DNA of 64,000 nucleotides, taken from Enoplolaimus lenunculus. Lineage: Eukaryota. This document shows positions 1 to 13,374 of this stretch, one piece after another. Made by a program: the position numbers and the translations under genes. The notes beneath the pieces were generated by a model. That model saw only the letters and a list, made by a program, of their open reading frames with translations, was not told the origin of the DNA and ran no database searches. Numbering within the stretch: the stretch's first letter is position 1; every line of letters starts with the position of its first letter. The stretch lies in contig JASANG010003810.1 of NCBI GenBank assembly GCA_030248215.1, positions 62,001-126,000 of the forward strand, in the 5' to 3' direction.

Positions 1-251
1 TTTAACAAAAGTGTGCAACTACTTGGACTGTGCATGGTGCAAAATGTACCAGTACGCGTTGCGTTTTTGCCCGAACCCATCTTATTTATGGCCGGGGGGT
101 TGATATATTTCAAAATATACGATAAGCAATTTTAAAATATAAACGGGGTGTCAATGAAGCGTACACAGTACGAGTGAATTTTATGATTATCACAAGTTGT
201 ACCCTACTTTTAAATAGGGTTTGCAAAAAAACGCAGCGTGCGCTGAGTGCG

Positions 252-797
252 GTTATAGTAGTACAAGCATATTCCTAAACCTAAGCCTAAGCCTAAGCAA
301 ACAAATTAGTCTTCAGCTTAGGCTTATACTTTATTGCAATCCCGCAGAAAAACGTTCCATCCCTGATCTTTACATGGGCCAAATTTTGAATCATTTTTTG
401 GTATAAAACCTTAGTTCGAATTTGGGTCTGGTAGAGGCATTAAAATAAACCTAAATGTTTGGGCAACCAAAAGTTGCCGCTGTAGTTATTATAATAGAAG
501 ACTTCGCAAGAGAATCAAACTAGAATACAGACGAATTTTTAAATAAATCTCACGGCCAGCATTCAATTTTCTGCACATATATAGAACAGGGCTGAAACAG
601 TAGTATAAGCATATTCTTAAGCCTTAGCCTAAGCCTAAACCTAGGCGTAAATGATGAGCCTATTTCTAAGCTTAAGCCAAACATTAAGCTTAAGCCTAAG
701 CCTAAAAGCATAAGCCAACAAATCAGTCTAAAGCTTAAACTGACTCTAATTACAGCCCCTTAGAAAAACGATCCGGCCGAGTTCTATACATGGGCCC
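252..797. mobile_element. Two TTAGGC-carrying MITE copies (about 252-380 and 577-797)
   Basis: Conserved core AGTAGTATAAGCATATTCCTAA, GCCTAA units and ACATGGGCC terminus. Further copies at about 3321-3535, 9843-9979, 11027-11215, 12510-12650, 16948-17153, 26820-27004, 27485-27671, 45139-45467 (two), 49031-49208, 52985-53191. Confidence 0.8.
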
Positions 798-1126
798 AAT
801 TTTGGATACCCCCCCAACATTACAGGGGTTCAACGAGCGCTCCAGCTTAAAATACAACTAGCATTTATGCGTTGTAATCGCCAATTATTAGCTGCTGTCT
901 CTCTGTTTAATACCATTTCTCGTAAAATATACAATCTGTACGTTTGCCAAAGAATACGAAACGTCGACCGAGGCATATTTTTTTTTGTTTTGTAAACATT
1001 TCAAACCCCACAACGAAGGTATGTGGAAATCAAAACGTAACGTGTGCCGGGTATATTCTTTTTCGCACAGAACGTATCCAGTTGCATACTCTTGTCAATT
1101 GGGTATGAATATACTCCTGGTTTTAG

Positions 1127-4100
1127 CAAATACAAAGCGAATACGACCGATTCAGGGCGACGGCGACAGAAATTAGCACAGACGTTCCATTCACGTTTGT
1201 TCCTGGAGTATTTGACCATCCAAAGTAAATTTAACAAGCATCCGCAATGACTTTTTCGAACCGCACTTACAGTATTGTAATGATATTTTTACGCGTAAGC
1301 CTAAATCTAAGCCAAAGCCTAAGCCTAAGCCTAAACCATAGCCTAAAACCTGGTTACAGTTTTCCCATCAGAAAATGTTTTTAAAAAATATATGGTCTCT
1401 AATTTTTTCCTCAGAAATTTTTCGTGACAAAATGATAAAGTCTTTACCTTACAATTTTTCCACCTCGCAAAATTTTTTTGGTGATAAAATGATAAGATTC
1501 CTACCTTAATGAATTTCAATAATAAATTTGAAAACATTTTGATTTTTTTCAAATTTAAACAAATTGTTTTTGATTGGTTTATGCTGCACTTTATTTCAGC
1601 AATTATTCGTACTTCAAGGATCATAACGCAATCTCATTGGGCGATAAGCAAATGTTTCACAGGTATATCTTTAAAGCTGAAAAGCCTCACATACGTATTT
1701 TGGATAACGTTCCAGCTCAATTTTATATTAATACAAATAGAACAAAGATGTCATGGGGCTGTGGACCATGAGGATCTCCATGGGGTGGGTGGTGTAGGAA
1801 TCAATTCAATATTGGCTATTATCCTTACCCCGCCCTGGTGTTAATAAACTTTAACATACATAGTCTTGTAAAAATAGACAGTGGCTGGTTTCTGAAATCT
1901 TAGTACTTAAGCTGTGCTTAAGTAACTGCTTAAGCTGTTATCTTAAGTAAATACTAAACTTTTCGAACAAAACAGATAAACGCCAAATGTGAACCATTGT
2001 CGTAAAAGAACTTAATAGTTTTGCTTTATATCAAGGAGGCACCACGAGTCTACAATTCAGTTAGAACAAGGTTAGTATACTTGAACGGTTAAATTATAAT
2101 CTATCAGATTTAATCAGCGACTTAAGTATTCAGGTACTTAAGTACGCTTTTGAAAATGACAAAACGGCAAAGTAATCACTTTTAGCACGCAAAATTCGGG
2201 CTCTTATACCAGGTCAACAGACAAAACTCGAATGTCATATGACATTTAGCTTAAAAACCAGCCCTCTCAAATAATCAATGTGTAGAAAGAACGGTATGTC
2301 ACATGATACTATGGGACATTTATGCGAATATCATACGATATTCAACGGGACATTGTAATCTTTGCGTGCTGATAAATGAATGGAAAGTAGAACGCCTTAG
2401 GCACAGATTGCTTTAATTACCAAATACACACATGCAAAAGGTTTCTGACAAAAATTTGCTTACAACCACAGCTTCCTAATTCAAAAATTCAAATTTCACA
2501 TTCTAGTATCATATGATATATTCAACAGGACAATTTGAATGTGTTACCTCAAGCATTCAGACATTTGAAAATATATCATATGATATTCGCTTGGATGTGT
2601 TGCCTCAAGCATTCAGACATTTGAAAATATATCATATGATATTCGCAGACAATACTTCGAATATCATATGATATTGAAGAACAAAAGGTGACTTAGAACT
2701 CATTCTCCTTATGTTTTAACCACACACATTCTCACCTTCTAACACGTGGTTACGCACGCCTTGCTCACCAATGCTCGGCCGATGCCCGTACGTTGCAATC
2801 TGCAAACGAGATGTATACTTGTAGTTAAAACAGTCTGACGCTTTATTCACACGTGCCTGTTTTTGTTGCGAGAACATGCAGCTGCAAATTGCACGCAGAA
2901 CTCGCATTTTTTCATCAGCCAATGAGAAAGTGTCGGTAATAAATTCAACGAACTTATATGGTTGTTCACACATGTGAACTAAATTCCCAGCTTTGATTTC
3001 TTTACTGACTTATTTGTAGCTGCAAGTTTTTCGAACGTGGTTTTGGACAAAAGTTGCAAGTGCGAGTTGCAGCTGTAAGTGTTCGCAGAAAAAACTTGCA
3101 CGTGTGAATAGGGCTTAAAAATAAATTTTCTAAAAAATGCGTTTCTTGAAAACAGAACTCAAAAATAGTTTGTTTATTTCAGTTTCGATATGGGAATGAT
3201 GCATTTTGTTGTTATAAATACTGAATTTTATTATCACATTCATTACGGTTGGCATCAAATTGTACACCAACTGCAATGGTTACATGCCGACTTGCAGGTT
3301 AGTTTCAGCAATAAAGTGTTTGGCTAATGTATAGAACAGGGCCGTAACAGTAGTATACATAAGCATATTCACTAAACCTCAGCATAAGTCTAAGCTTAAG
3401 CGTAAGCATCCAAAGCGTAAGAATGAGCTTATATCTAAGCCTAATCGCAAAAGCCTAATCAACAAATTATCTAAAGCGTAAGCTTAACTCAATTGCAGTC
3501 CCGCAGAAAAAGTTTCCGCCCCTGATCTCTGTGGTATAATCCACTTTTAAATCATATTCACACAAATGCCCTTTAAACCAGTAAAATACAGGTCAACGGC
3601 AGATCCACAAGTTGCTGACGGGGGCTGGCAAAAGTTATGAAACGCAATTTTTTACTGTATGATATATATGTGTCAATTTTGTGAGGGCAAAAAATTAAAA
3701 GGTACGTAGGGACCTTACCATTTGATCACAAAAGAGGTTTTGATTGGGAGGAGTGTACGTTTCCTCTCTGGATCCGCTGGTATATCAGGCGTCAGTAGAT
3801 TTAAACCTACTGTAACGTTCTAATATTAACTTTAAATTTCAGGAAGCCAATCAGAATCGAAAACGCATTCCGTGGATCGTTGTCATTGGTCATCGAGGAT
3901 TTTATTGCACTAATAAAAATTCAGAATGTCTCGGAAATGTCGTGCGTTTTAAACTTTAACTTTTTCACGCATGAATATTTTCTATTTCATTTTCAAGCTA
4001 AGAATTGAACCACATTGAGAACCCGCAGGTATCCGCTGGGTACACACGGGTCGGGTAACGGATTTCAGCTGCGAGTATAACGCGAGGGTAAAGATTTGTA

Positions 4101-7100
4101 TGACGCAGGTAAAAAATTCGCAGTTTATACCCGCGTCAAACTTTTAAGTTTTAAGGGTGCAAACGCTATTGTGCGTTTTACTTCTGGTCAGTTGCTGTCC
4201 AATGCTTTAATAGTTGGGTTTGACATTTTTGTTGTTGGTAAAGTTTCATGTGCAAAATTCGTTGAAGCTATAACGCAAAACTTCATTAAAATGCAAATCA
4301 CCTGCGGGCATTAAAATACTGATTTAGCTTCATGCGCGGGTAAAATGTGGGTCGCGGGCTGATCGTGACAGACAGATTGTTCTGCAAAAGAATTACTGCG
4401 TATAAATTTACCATCAATCTAATTCTGAAAGGTTAAAGCGTGTATTAAGTAATTGAATGCTTTCTTTGATACAGTATACACTTTGTGAAGACGTGTGAAA
4501 CACGAGTACTGTAGGAAAGCTGTAAATATATGCAACTACGGTTTCTAGTTAAAATAATTACGCAACAAAATGTTTTATATCCTTTAGCGGAACAAATTTC
4601 ACCCCTGCCCAGTACCGCAGAAGGCCAATCTACTTCTAGTTGATTTAAATATTGAATTTTTGTGCATACATAACTTTTTAATTCTGTTTCAGCTACGCCA
4701 TGGACTGCCGGTGGTTAACGTTTATGGGTTGAAAGAAGTTTTTGAAAAATATAAAGTCGACGTTGCAATATGGGGTCACGAACGAAGCTACAGCCGTACG
4801 ATTCCAGTTGAAAATTATAAAGTGAGCGCGATAAGTTTGTTGTTCATTCTTTAAATCTGTATTGTTAAAGCTGGAACGCCCCATATGCGTATTTTGGCAA
4901 CTTCCCAACTTTTCTTTTCAAGTTTTGAAACATAATGTGCAAAGGATTGTGCACGCATATATGCAAATTAATTTATGTAACTACGGATATATACTGATAA
5001 GCAGGTGCGAAACGTTAAATCCAAAGAAAGCAAACTGGCTAGAGCGGTAAATTTGAGTACAAGTAGGGTTGTAACAGTAGTATGGGACTGAACCCATAAT
5101 AAGACGACTAAATCTCACAAGTGGGCCGAGTGCCTCATAAACCATACCACAGCACTGCTGAACTAACTGCTGGACAACCTCAGCTATAATGATTGTACTT
5201 TTTATCTAAAGTTAATTGTGGAATACTTCATATACATATTTTGGGCAAGTTTCCAGCATACTTTGTTTACAATACTTTTATATCCCATAAACGGGAGTGT
5301 TCTTATACATTATACAATTTGCATATAGATTTTTATGCATTTGTTACACGCTTTTGCGCATTGCGTAATGTTGGTCGACGAGTTTTTAAATAATTACACC
5401 GTGTCCTCGACAGTGCATTTCAACCAGTTTCAAAAAGTTTAAATTAAAATTTTAAGGCAATGAAAAATACTACGTCTATCAATGTAGTGAACAATCCTTG
5501 TGGTACCGTACACGTTACTGTGGCGTCAGCGGAAGCTCATATGACTCAAACACAAGTATTCGTAATTTTTGTATTAATTTTGAGGTCATTTGGCCTCTTA
5601 TTAATTTTAGGGACCCTATCTTCCGTTGGAGAGCTAAAATGGGAGACCTCAAGACGGGGAAGCTTATGATCAGGCTGGCCCATGTTACTTTAAGGGATGT
5701 CCAGGTTTCGGGTGGGTCTATAAAATAGTAGGTTTAGATTCTAGATTACATTTTTTGCTTAGGCTTAAGTTTAGGCTTAGGCTTAGGAACTCATTTTTGC
5801 AATGCTTAGGCTTAGGCTTAGGAATATGCTTAATCTACTGTTACGCCCTAATGGTTGTGCTATACTCGCCACACTGTGCCGAATGCCACCAAATACATTT
5901 TGCCTACGTGCGGCGGCATCCGACATAGTAAAGTATTGCGCCTTTCTTAGGCTTTATTATTAAGCTTATCTTTATGCTTAAGTTTATGCATACGATTTAG
6001 GCTTACATTTAGTGGGCAGAGCCATGTAACTAAATATGAGCAATCATTTATCTATGCAATACAACTCAGTATAATCACTTACAGATCTTCTAAATTAGTT
6101 TCAACAAACTCTGAAGTCATCCGAAATGTTTGAATGCCAGGCCAATCTAAAGGGCAGGGGCGAAACAGTATTTATAAGTATATTCCTAAGCTTAAGCCTG
6201 AATAGAATTTTTTATTGTTGATGTATTTCTGAGTTACACCATACGTGTACAAATAGTAATCTAAAAGTTCGATGAAGCATCGAAAAGGATAATGGGATTG
6301 GTATAAGCAAGAGTATGATGATGTCCACCTGCAGAAGAGTGTGCAACTGACGCGGTAGTGCATGGCACAAAGTGTACCAGCACGCGTTGCATTTTTTCTC
6401 GACCCCTCTCATTTGGGGGGTAGTCACCACGTCAACTACATAGTAAGCATAGGAGTTGAAATATAATCAGAGCGGCTTTACCTAAAATTCAAAACATTGG
6501 TTCAACGTACCCCCCCCCAAATGAGGGGGGTCGGCCAAAAACGCAACGTGCGCTGGGTACATTGTTTTGTGCACAGTATGTACCCAGTTGCACACTCTTG
6601 TGAAAATCATCCACTCTTGGTATAAGCAAGGGTTCATGACACAAGAGTATCCAACTCTTGGGGTTCCGCATGGTACAAAATGCACCACCGGGCGCTCGTT
6701 TTTGGCCATTCCCCGAATTATTTGGGGGGTGGATCGATGACACTAGGAATACCCCTAAATATACGCGGATCATTTTTGATACCGTATACATACAGTTCCA
6801 TGGTTCGCACCTGGTGTTCTCTCTAAAGAGTGTGTAGGCTAAAAACGCAACGCTTGCCGGATACATTCTTTCCTGCACAGAACGTAGCCAGTTGCATACT
6901 CTTGTTGAAGTATGTATCATTTACTCTTGATTAAAACGTACCGTCAGAAACCGGAACATATCTGAGTTGCACCATATGCGTTCAATTTAATCTAAATTCA
7001 GTGAAGTAGGGAAGGGTATGATGGGATTGGACAAGCCAGGATCGAAAGATATATGAAATACTGGTCTATCAAGCTAAACTTCCAATCGTTTCCAGTGGTC

Positions 7101-7392
7101 AAACAGTCACCTGTTCATTAGAAAGCCGTTCCGTTTTTGCCCCCTACGTTGTATTTGCGCGTCGGAAGCTTTGCGACAACTTGGTGCTTATGATCGTTGC
7201 TTGCAGAACGACTCGCAGTCGAACGAAACCTTACCATCCGGCACTGATGCCAGACTGATCGGTGAAACTCACCGCGACGATATGATCGTGTTTGAATCCA
7301 GCGATCCGAGTTACGTTCAGGTGTACGCGTCGAACGCTACGCATTTAATTTTCGATCAGATTATTTTAACTTTCGACGATCCTGGTCGAGTT
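1127..7392 (+). CDS. ACP7: Purple acid phosphatase ACP7/PAPL homolog, partial (5' exons outside the window, last exon not identified); metal-binding motifs degenerate
   Basis: Phase-compatible GT-AG exons 1127-1224, 1600-1662, 3183-3297, 3843-3941, 4693-4821, 5457-5555, 7207-7392 translate to QIQSEYDRFRATATEISTDVPFTFVPGVFDHPNNYSYFKDHNAISLGDKQMFHSFDMGMMHFVVINTEFYYHIHYGWHQIVHQLQWLHADLQEANQNRKRIPWIVVIGHRGFYCTNKNSECLGNVLRHGLPVVNVYGLKEVFEKYKVDVAIWGHERSYSRTIPVENYK...NPCGTVHVTVASA...YVQVYASNATHLIFDQI. This is collinear with the ACP7 metallophosphoesterase and C-terminal domains as I recall them. Confidence 0.88.
2840..3115. mobile_element. MITE with TATTCACACGTG TIRs
   Basis: GCTTTATTCACACGTGC...GCACGTGTGAATAGGGC; related copy at about 24996-25323. 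Confidence 0.65.
6308..6929. mobile_element. Two tandem foldback elements with CAAG termini and a 7-bp target (P-element-like); a related larger copy spans 1-1119
   Basis: GTATAAG|CAAGAGT...ACTCTTG|GTATAAG|CAAGGGT...ACTCTTG, with long imperfect inverted arms shared with 1-110 and 1030-1119. Confidence 0.7.
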
Positions 7393-8130
7393 GTAAGAGT
7401 TTATAAATGGGGGTTTTTTTCGGGATTAATTTTAATATTTGGAACGAAAAATTCGTTTCCATTCAATTTATAGAAAACGTTGCCAGGGTTTTACTGAACG
7501 GTTGGCCAGAAAAGAGCCGACCGTGACCAGGTCCGTAGTCGGCTCATTTTGCTAAGGAGGCTAAAACAATTTTTAGGACGAGCATACAAGGATTTTCAAT
7601 CAATGACTTACAAGCAAGGTTGAAAACTTTCTATGGGGATAAAAAATATTGCAGGGGCAGGGTTGAGTTTCGCCTTCTGGCCTGTTGGCTACGGTCCCAA
7701 CTGCGATCCTTATTCCAAATGGTTAACATCCGATGTGGGCGGTTCATTTTGTCTTAAAAGCAGAAATAACCTTCAAACATCGCCCGAGGATACGAGTTTG
7801 ACATTTATGCTGTCGCAGACTCTCGCGCCTTGGCGGATTTTTTTGAGCATACTGGGTATAGACATTGGCTAGGTTTCTGAAATATTAAAGTATTTACTTG
7901 AATTATACTTAAGTAATTAATTAAGTTGCCGAGTTAAGTAAAAATCGTATTAAATTTTGAAACAAAAACAGATAAACGCCAAATGTGAGTGATTCTCTTG
8001 AAATATAAGTAACAGTGTTGCTTTATATTACGGAGACAGCATGACAGAGTCTACAATTTCAGTTGGACCAAGGTTATTAGTATGGCTGACCTGTTAATCT
8101 GTAACACATCAAATTTATTCAGCAACTTAA

Positions 8131-8375
8131 CCCTTTCTCACGTCAATATTTTCCATTTCATAAACAGATGTAATTTCAAGGAAACATTCGATCCCCAGTC
8201 TGTCGGTTTGGACGCAGTTACAATGACCACTCAGAGTTTGGAGCTTGACGCTCGAGCCCAACGGGGCTCTCACGTCTTGTATATGTTACAATTGTTACAC
8301 ACTGCTTACAGCGTCTGTGTTGCTCGTTTGTCACTTGTATTTAGTTGCTCATAGTATACTTTATGAGTTAAAGGG
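8131..8375. mobile_element. TTAA-specific piggyBac-type MITE with a tRNA-derived internal segment (diverged copy)
   Basis: TTAA|CCCTTT...AAAGGG|TTAA, inserted at a TTAA inside an older element (7867-8482) whose paralog at about 1883-2190 lacks the insertion. Confidence 0.8.
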
Positions 8376-8507
8376 TTAAATGTTTACTTAACTTAAATTA
8401 GCTTTTAAAAACGACAAAATGGTTAAGTAATTGTTTAGCACGCACTTTAAGTCGTACTTAGTAATGTTTCATAAACCCAACCATTATTAACTGAAAAATT
8501 GCAATTA

Positions 8508-9104
8508 TGCGTCGTCCACAATTATTTGGGTACGGTGTGTGGAATTTCACACCGACCGTAGACGACTTCCATCTACTATACAACGGATGGCAGTTAGTTG
8601 TACTATTTTTTAAAAATTTTGAAATTTTTAAAATTTTAATAGACGATTGCTATTTTTCGCCTAACTACCGTCTACGCCTGCTTTAAATTTGAAAAAGGGC
8701 AATCGTCATTGATGGTACTAACAAAATATTTCTGAATGACGGCAACCGTCTAAGCCTTAGCTTTAAACTACATGTAATCGTAGTTGGTGTTCTAGAGAAA
8801 ACGGGCAACCGTCTACGCCTTCCAAATGAAAAATAGTAATCGTTAGCGATTTTGATTTTGAAGTTAGAGTAGCTGTCTACAGGCATGGTTTCGAAATTAA
8901 CTGTAGACAACTACTAAAAAAATAAAAAGCCGAAAATTTCATCAAAAATTTTATGTTTTATAATTTTAAAAGCATTGACGGTTGCTGTAAAACTTTTCCT
9001 ATGGCAGCTGTTGTTGAAAAATTAAAAAAGAGACCGTTGAGGGCAGTCGTCTACGGTCGATGTGAAATTCCACACACCGTACCCAAATAATTGTGGACGA
9101 CGCA
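8508..9104. mobile_element. MITE with about 60-bp TIRs and TTA duplication (PIF/Harbinger-like)
   Basis: TGCGTCGTCCACAATTATTTGGGTACGGTGTGTGGAATTTCACA.CGACCGTAGACGAC and its reverse complement at about 9046-9104, flanked by TTA. Confidence 0.85.
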
Positions 9105-10304
9105 TTAACTAAAACGTGTCAAAAATAAAACGCTATTTTAAACGCTTTTCGTGTTTACAAACGCGATCTTTTAAAACGCCGCTTTTTCGTGAACTGATGC
9201 CAGTTTAAACTGAATTAATAGCGCAACTAAACACATTAAAATATGGTCCAATGCTACTTTAAGGGCCGTCCCGGTTTCTGGTGAGTCCATAAAAGAGTGG
9301 GTTTATATTCTAGATTACATTTTTTTGGTTAGGTTTAGGCTTTAGGCTTAGTCTTAGGAACACATTTTTGCAACGCTAAGACTTAGGCTTAGGTTTAGGA
9401 ATACGCTCAATCTACTGTTACGCCCCTTAAATTAATATTGGCCAAAAATAAGTTTCAATCAAAGCGATATTTTAGCTGAAATGTAAACGTTTTTTATTCA
9501 CAAAACGAAAAGCGTTTTGTATTTTTGACACAATTCCTACCACAGTGAGTCCAATTTGACTCTGGCAGAGTCAAATTTGACTCAGTTTGAGTAGTCAGGA
9601 AAAGCCTATTTCCGAGAGAGTCAATTTGAACTCACCATTTTTACAGTGTAAAAAACGTTGCGGAAATTTTTTGTTTAATTTTCGATGAGCGAACGTGGTG
9701 ATCAATTTATCGTTGCTAAGACTCAAACTGCTGGTGAACGTTCTTGTGGTTGAACGAGTGATAGGAAGAGTTGAAGCCGTGAAAATATTCTTGTGAATTT
9801 TTTAATCTGTCGTTATATTGTGTATTTTGTGTTGCATCCATCGGCCAACATACAGAACAGGGTCGTAACAGTAGTATAAGCATATTCATAAGTCTACAAT
9901 AAAAAATTGTCTTAAAAACTTTAGCTTACTCTGTTGCAGTCCGCGGGAAAACGATTCACCACTGGTCTATACATGGGTCCACCAATCGCTTGAGTATTGG
10001 TGAAATTTTTCGAAATTTGGCTCATATTGCATATTATGATCGGTTCCACTTGCGGGCAGAGATTAAGTATCTACGGCCCTGTTCTATGCATGGACCAGAA
10101 CAAACTGTGTCCAGTCTTGCTGCGATTTAGAATTTTCACATATATACACAGCAATGTGCTGCATTCACGCCACAAAAACACTCTAAAATACGTATGATGG
10201 GCGTTCCAGCTTATACACTTGATTCAACTGAATTACTACACGTGTTTTGCAAGCATACCAAACACTAAATGCCTGTATCCTCAAATGTGTATATTTTTTA
10301 TTAC

Positions 10305-11371
10305 CAGTTGGTGATTGAGCGGGCACCTTTCGAAGCGATGAGGTTTCTACTTCAGCACATTTTTCGCATTTGATTTGCCCTACGTTTGTACTATAATTTG
10401 AACATCTTGAAAACCTATCGCTAACTGATGATACAAGCGACGCCCATGTGTAGAATACGGTCTTAAAATTAAAAGTGTATGCATTGTTCGAGACGTCTTG
10501 TTCACGGTCGTATACCTACTGTGACGGATGGTGATATATCATAGAATAGGTTTTGTATGATCCGCAGGACTCGAGAAGTCGAAAAATGATTATCGCTCAA
10601 CAAAGAACCTTTTTAGATGAGGTTATACGCTTCCGAAATGAAATCCTTACAACTACGCTCCGGGTGTCATGGATGCCGGCAGAAAATAAAGCAGGAGTGC
10701 TCAGACAAAGGCAGAAAATAAAGCAGGAGTGCTCAGACAAAGGCAGAAAATAACGCAGGAGTGCTCAGACAAAGGCAGAAAATAAAGCAGGAGTGCTCAG
10801 ACAAAGGCAGAAAATAACGCAGGAGTGCTCAGACAAAGGCAGAAAATAAAGCAGGAGTGCTCAGACAAAGGCAGAAAATAAAGCAGGAGTGCTCAGGCAG
10901 CGCGTTTGAGTAAACCGTACAATAAGCTTCTAAGTATTGTAAACACTGTTAAACAATATTTACCCCACAATACCGACCAGGGGTGGAACGGTTTGGGTCA
11001 AGTGGACAACAGTGGTATTCGTTTTGGAGCCCACGTTTAAAACAGGGCCGGATCGTCTTCCTGTGTGGCTGTAATAGAGTCAGTTTAAACTTTAGACTCA
11101 CTTTTTTGCTTAGCTGTAAACTTAGAGTTAATAGGAATAGGCTTATCCTACGCTTGAAATTAGGCTTAGGAATATGCTTTTTAACTACTGTTCCGGTCCT
11201 GTTCTATACATGTGCTCTTTACCTGTCAGCATCCGTTGCTCAAGGACGCAGACCAAATTTGAATTTGGGTTGGATAAATTTCGTGTAAATCTTTCGTAGC
11301 GACGGTCTGTTAACAACCGGTATCCCAGAGGTGATTTTGAAAACCCATAAAAGTGTCTTAATACCGTTTGC
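10305..11371 (-). CDS. Possible internal exons of an unidentified gene
   Basis: Three open, phase-compatible GT-AG segments 11371-11223, 10608-10516, 10379-10305 (QTVLRHFYGFSKSPLGYRLLTDRRYERF...MLTGSLLSDNHFSTSRVLRIIQNLFYDISPSVTVGQIKCEKCAEV...). Two acceptors are weak and no homology is recognised. Confidence 0.25.
10679..10896. repeat. 32-bp minisatellite, about 7 copies
   Basis: Unit GCAGAAAATAA(A/C)GCAGGAGTGCTCAGACAAAG. Confidence 0.95.
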
Positions 11372-11764
11372 CTAGAAATTTCAAAAGGGGATCCTCCAGT
11401 CCATCCCCATGCTATTCGCTCCAACTCAAGCTCAGTTTCCTTATCAACCGAGTACCTCTGAGACCCAGTTGTATTTTAGCACATTTTCATAGCTGAAAAC
11501 CTGTAGCTAATCTGGTTTCGTTTTGGTTGGTTGACTGCTTACAAGTTGTATTGAAACTAAAAAGCATTGCACGCTACTCATCATTAGACAATACTTTCAA
11601 CGAAATTGAAAAGAACTTCAGCTTTAAGTTTTGTTTAACTTTTACCTTTAATTCGCTATTATTTCTGTGATTTGAGCCGTATACAGGAAACCTTTTGTTC
11701 AAGGATATTCCAAAAACAAAGTGTTTGGTATTCTTCGGTGTGCTGTGTAGCACGTATCAACAAC

Positions 11765-12131
11765 GGTCCATGCATAGAACAGGGCCGGATCGTTTTCTGG
11801 AGGGGCGATAATAGAGTCAGTCTAAGATTTAGACTAATCTTTTTTTGCTTAGGCTTAGGCTTAGGAATAGGCTTGTCCATACGCTTAGGCTTAGGCTTAG
11901 GTTTAGGCTTAGGCTTAGGCTTAGGCTTAGGAATAGGCTTGTCCATACGCTTAGGCTTAGGCTTAGGCTTAGGCCTAGGAATAGGCTTGTGCATAGGCTT
12001 AGGCGTAGGCTTAGGCTTAGGAATAGGCTTGTCCATACGCTAAGGCTTAAGCTTAGGCTTAGGCTTAGGAATAGCTTGTTCATACGCTTAGGGTTAGGCT
12101 TAGGAATATGGTTATACTACTGTTCCGGCCC
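11765..12131. mobile_element. TTAGGC-carrying MITE with an internally expanded telomere-like minisatellite
   Basis: Same left TIR and conserved core. The module TTAGGAATAGGCTTGTCCATACGC+(TTAGGC)n is repeated about 5 times. Right end truncated. Confidence 0.85.
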
Positions 12132-13374
12132 TAGTCACTAGCGAATTCAGACAGAGGGCGTACGTCACTTAGTCAGAAAATTATTTTTTGTGTTAAAATG
12201 ATAACGGCCGACGCTTTCGGTGAGAACATTTTTAGTGATAATATCGTGAGGTCGTTATCGTACAATTTTTTCTTCCTCAGAAAATTGACATACATATTGC
12301 ATACTGTAAAAATTGCATTTCATAACTTTTGCCAGCAGGTCACGGACGATAAGAAATTTCTGGATGCGCCGCTTGCTTTAATCATTGCATTTTAATATAA
12401 TTTTCACACTAAAAATTTGCAATTTACTGTCTTCAACCATTTTCCATATAGGGTCTTTGGAAATTGCACGCTACTGTTCAGTTGGTTTTGCTTCTGTACA
12501 TATCAGGAAATGCTATTTTTTCACGGGACTGCCGCTGAGTAAACTTGATAAGCTTTAGACTATTTTTATTTAGGCTTAGGTATAGGCTTATCCTTGCGCT
12601 TAGGGCTATAGGAATATGCGTGTCCTGCTGGTTACGGTCCTGATCTACGCACTGAACTTCAAAACAAATATGTGTGGCCTTTTCGAAAAGCGCTTCTATG
12701 ACCCGAATAAGATGGTGTAATTGAAATTTCATCCGTATTTGAAATCTTGCAATTATAGCTAAAACTATAGACGACTTTTATGATCGATCATAAAGAGGGG
12801 GATTCTTAAGTATAATCTTGCATTTTCGCTCAACGGTTCGATACAAGACAAATAAACGTTTAATTCAACGGATAGTTGCAATATCGGATATCAGGATACA
12901 ACCGGTGGTCAGCCTCCGACTCCGGCTCCGGTAGAATTTTTGCCAAAGGTTTCGGCAATTTCAATAGTAAAATTTTGCATAGTTTTGTAAAATTTAGCTG
13001 TTTGGCGCGTTTCGTTTTAACTATTGGCACAATTTTGAGGTAAAATGCGATGCACACGGTACAAAAACGCAGGCACTCGCTCTGGAAGACGCCAGCCGAT
13101 GCTGGAACGCAGTATAACAGCCCAAAAGTATTTGCTAAGGACCTGAAGCCAAAGAAAGGCCAGGGGGATGGGGGTGTGTTCTCCCCTGGAAAAATTACAC
13201 TCTAGAAAATTTTCAACCTTGCATGTAAGTCAACGAAAATTCTTGTATGCCGTCCTGAAAAAGTTTTAGCTCCCCTAGCAAGGTCAGTTGGCTACGGTCC
13301 TGATCTGGTCTTAGGTTTAAGCTTATGATAATCTTTTGTGCAGAGAGCAGAAAATTAATTTTACGACGTGAATA

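Noticed and set aside
9690..9753. Terminal exon of the phosphatase (ERGDQFIVAKTQ...)
   Set aside because: No acceptor in the phase required by the donor at 7393; left unresolved.
10679..10896. CRISPR-like 32-bp repeats / ORF 10553-10753
   Set aside because: No spacers; simple minisatellite. The ORF runs into the repeat.
11840..12110. True chromosome end / telomere
   Set aside because: Arrays are short, interrupted, in both orientations across the window, and enclosed by TIRs.
11659..12141. PK-, LG-, LS- and LR-repeat ORFs
   Set aside because: Translations of (TTAGGC)n inside a MITE.
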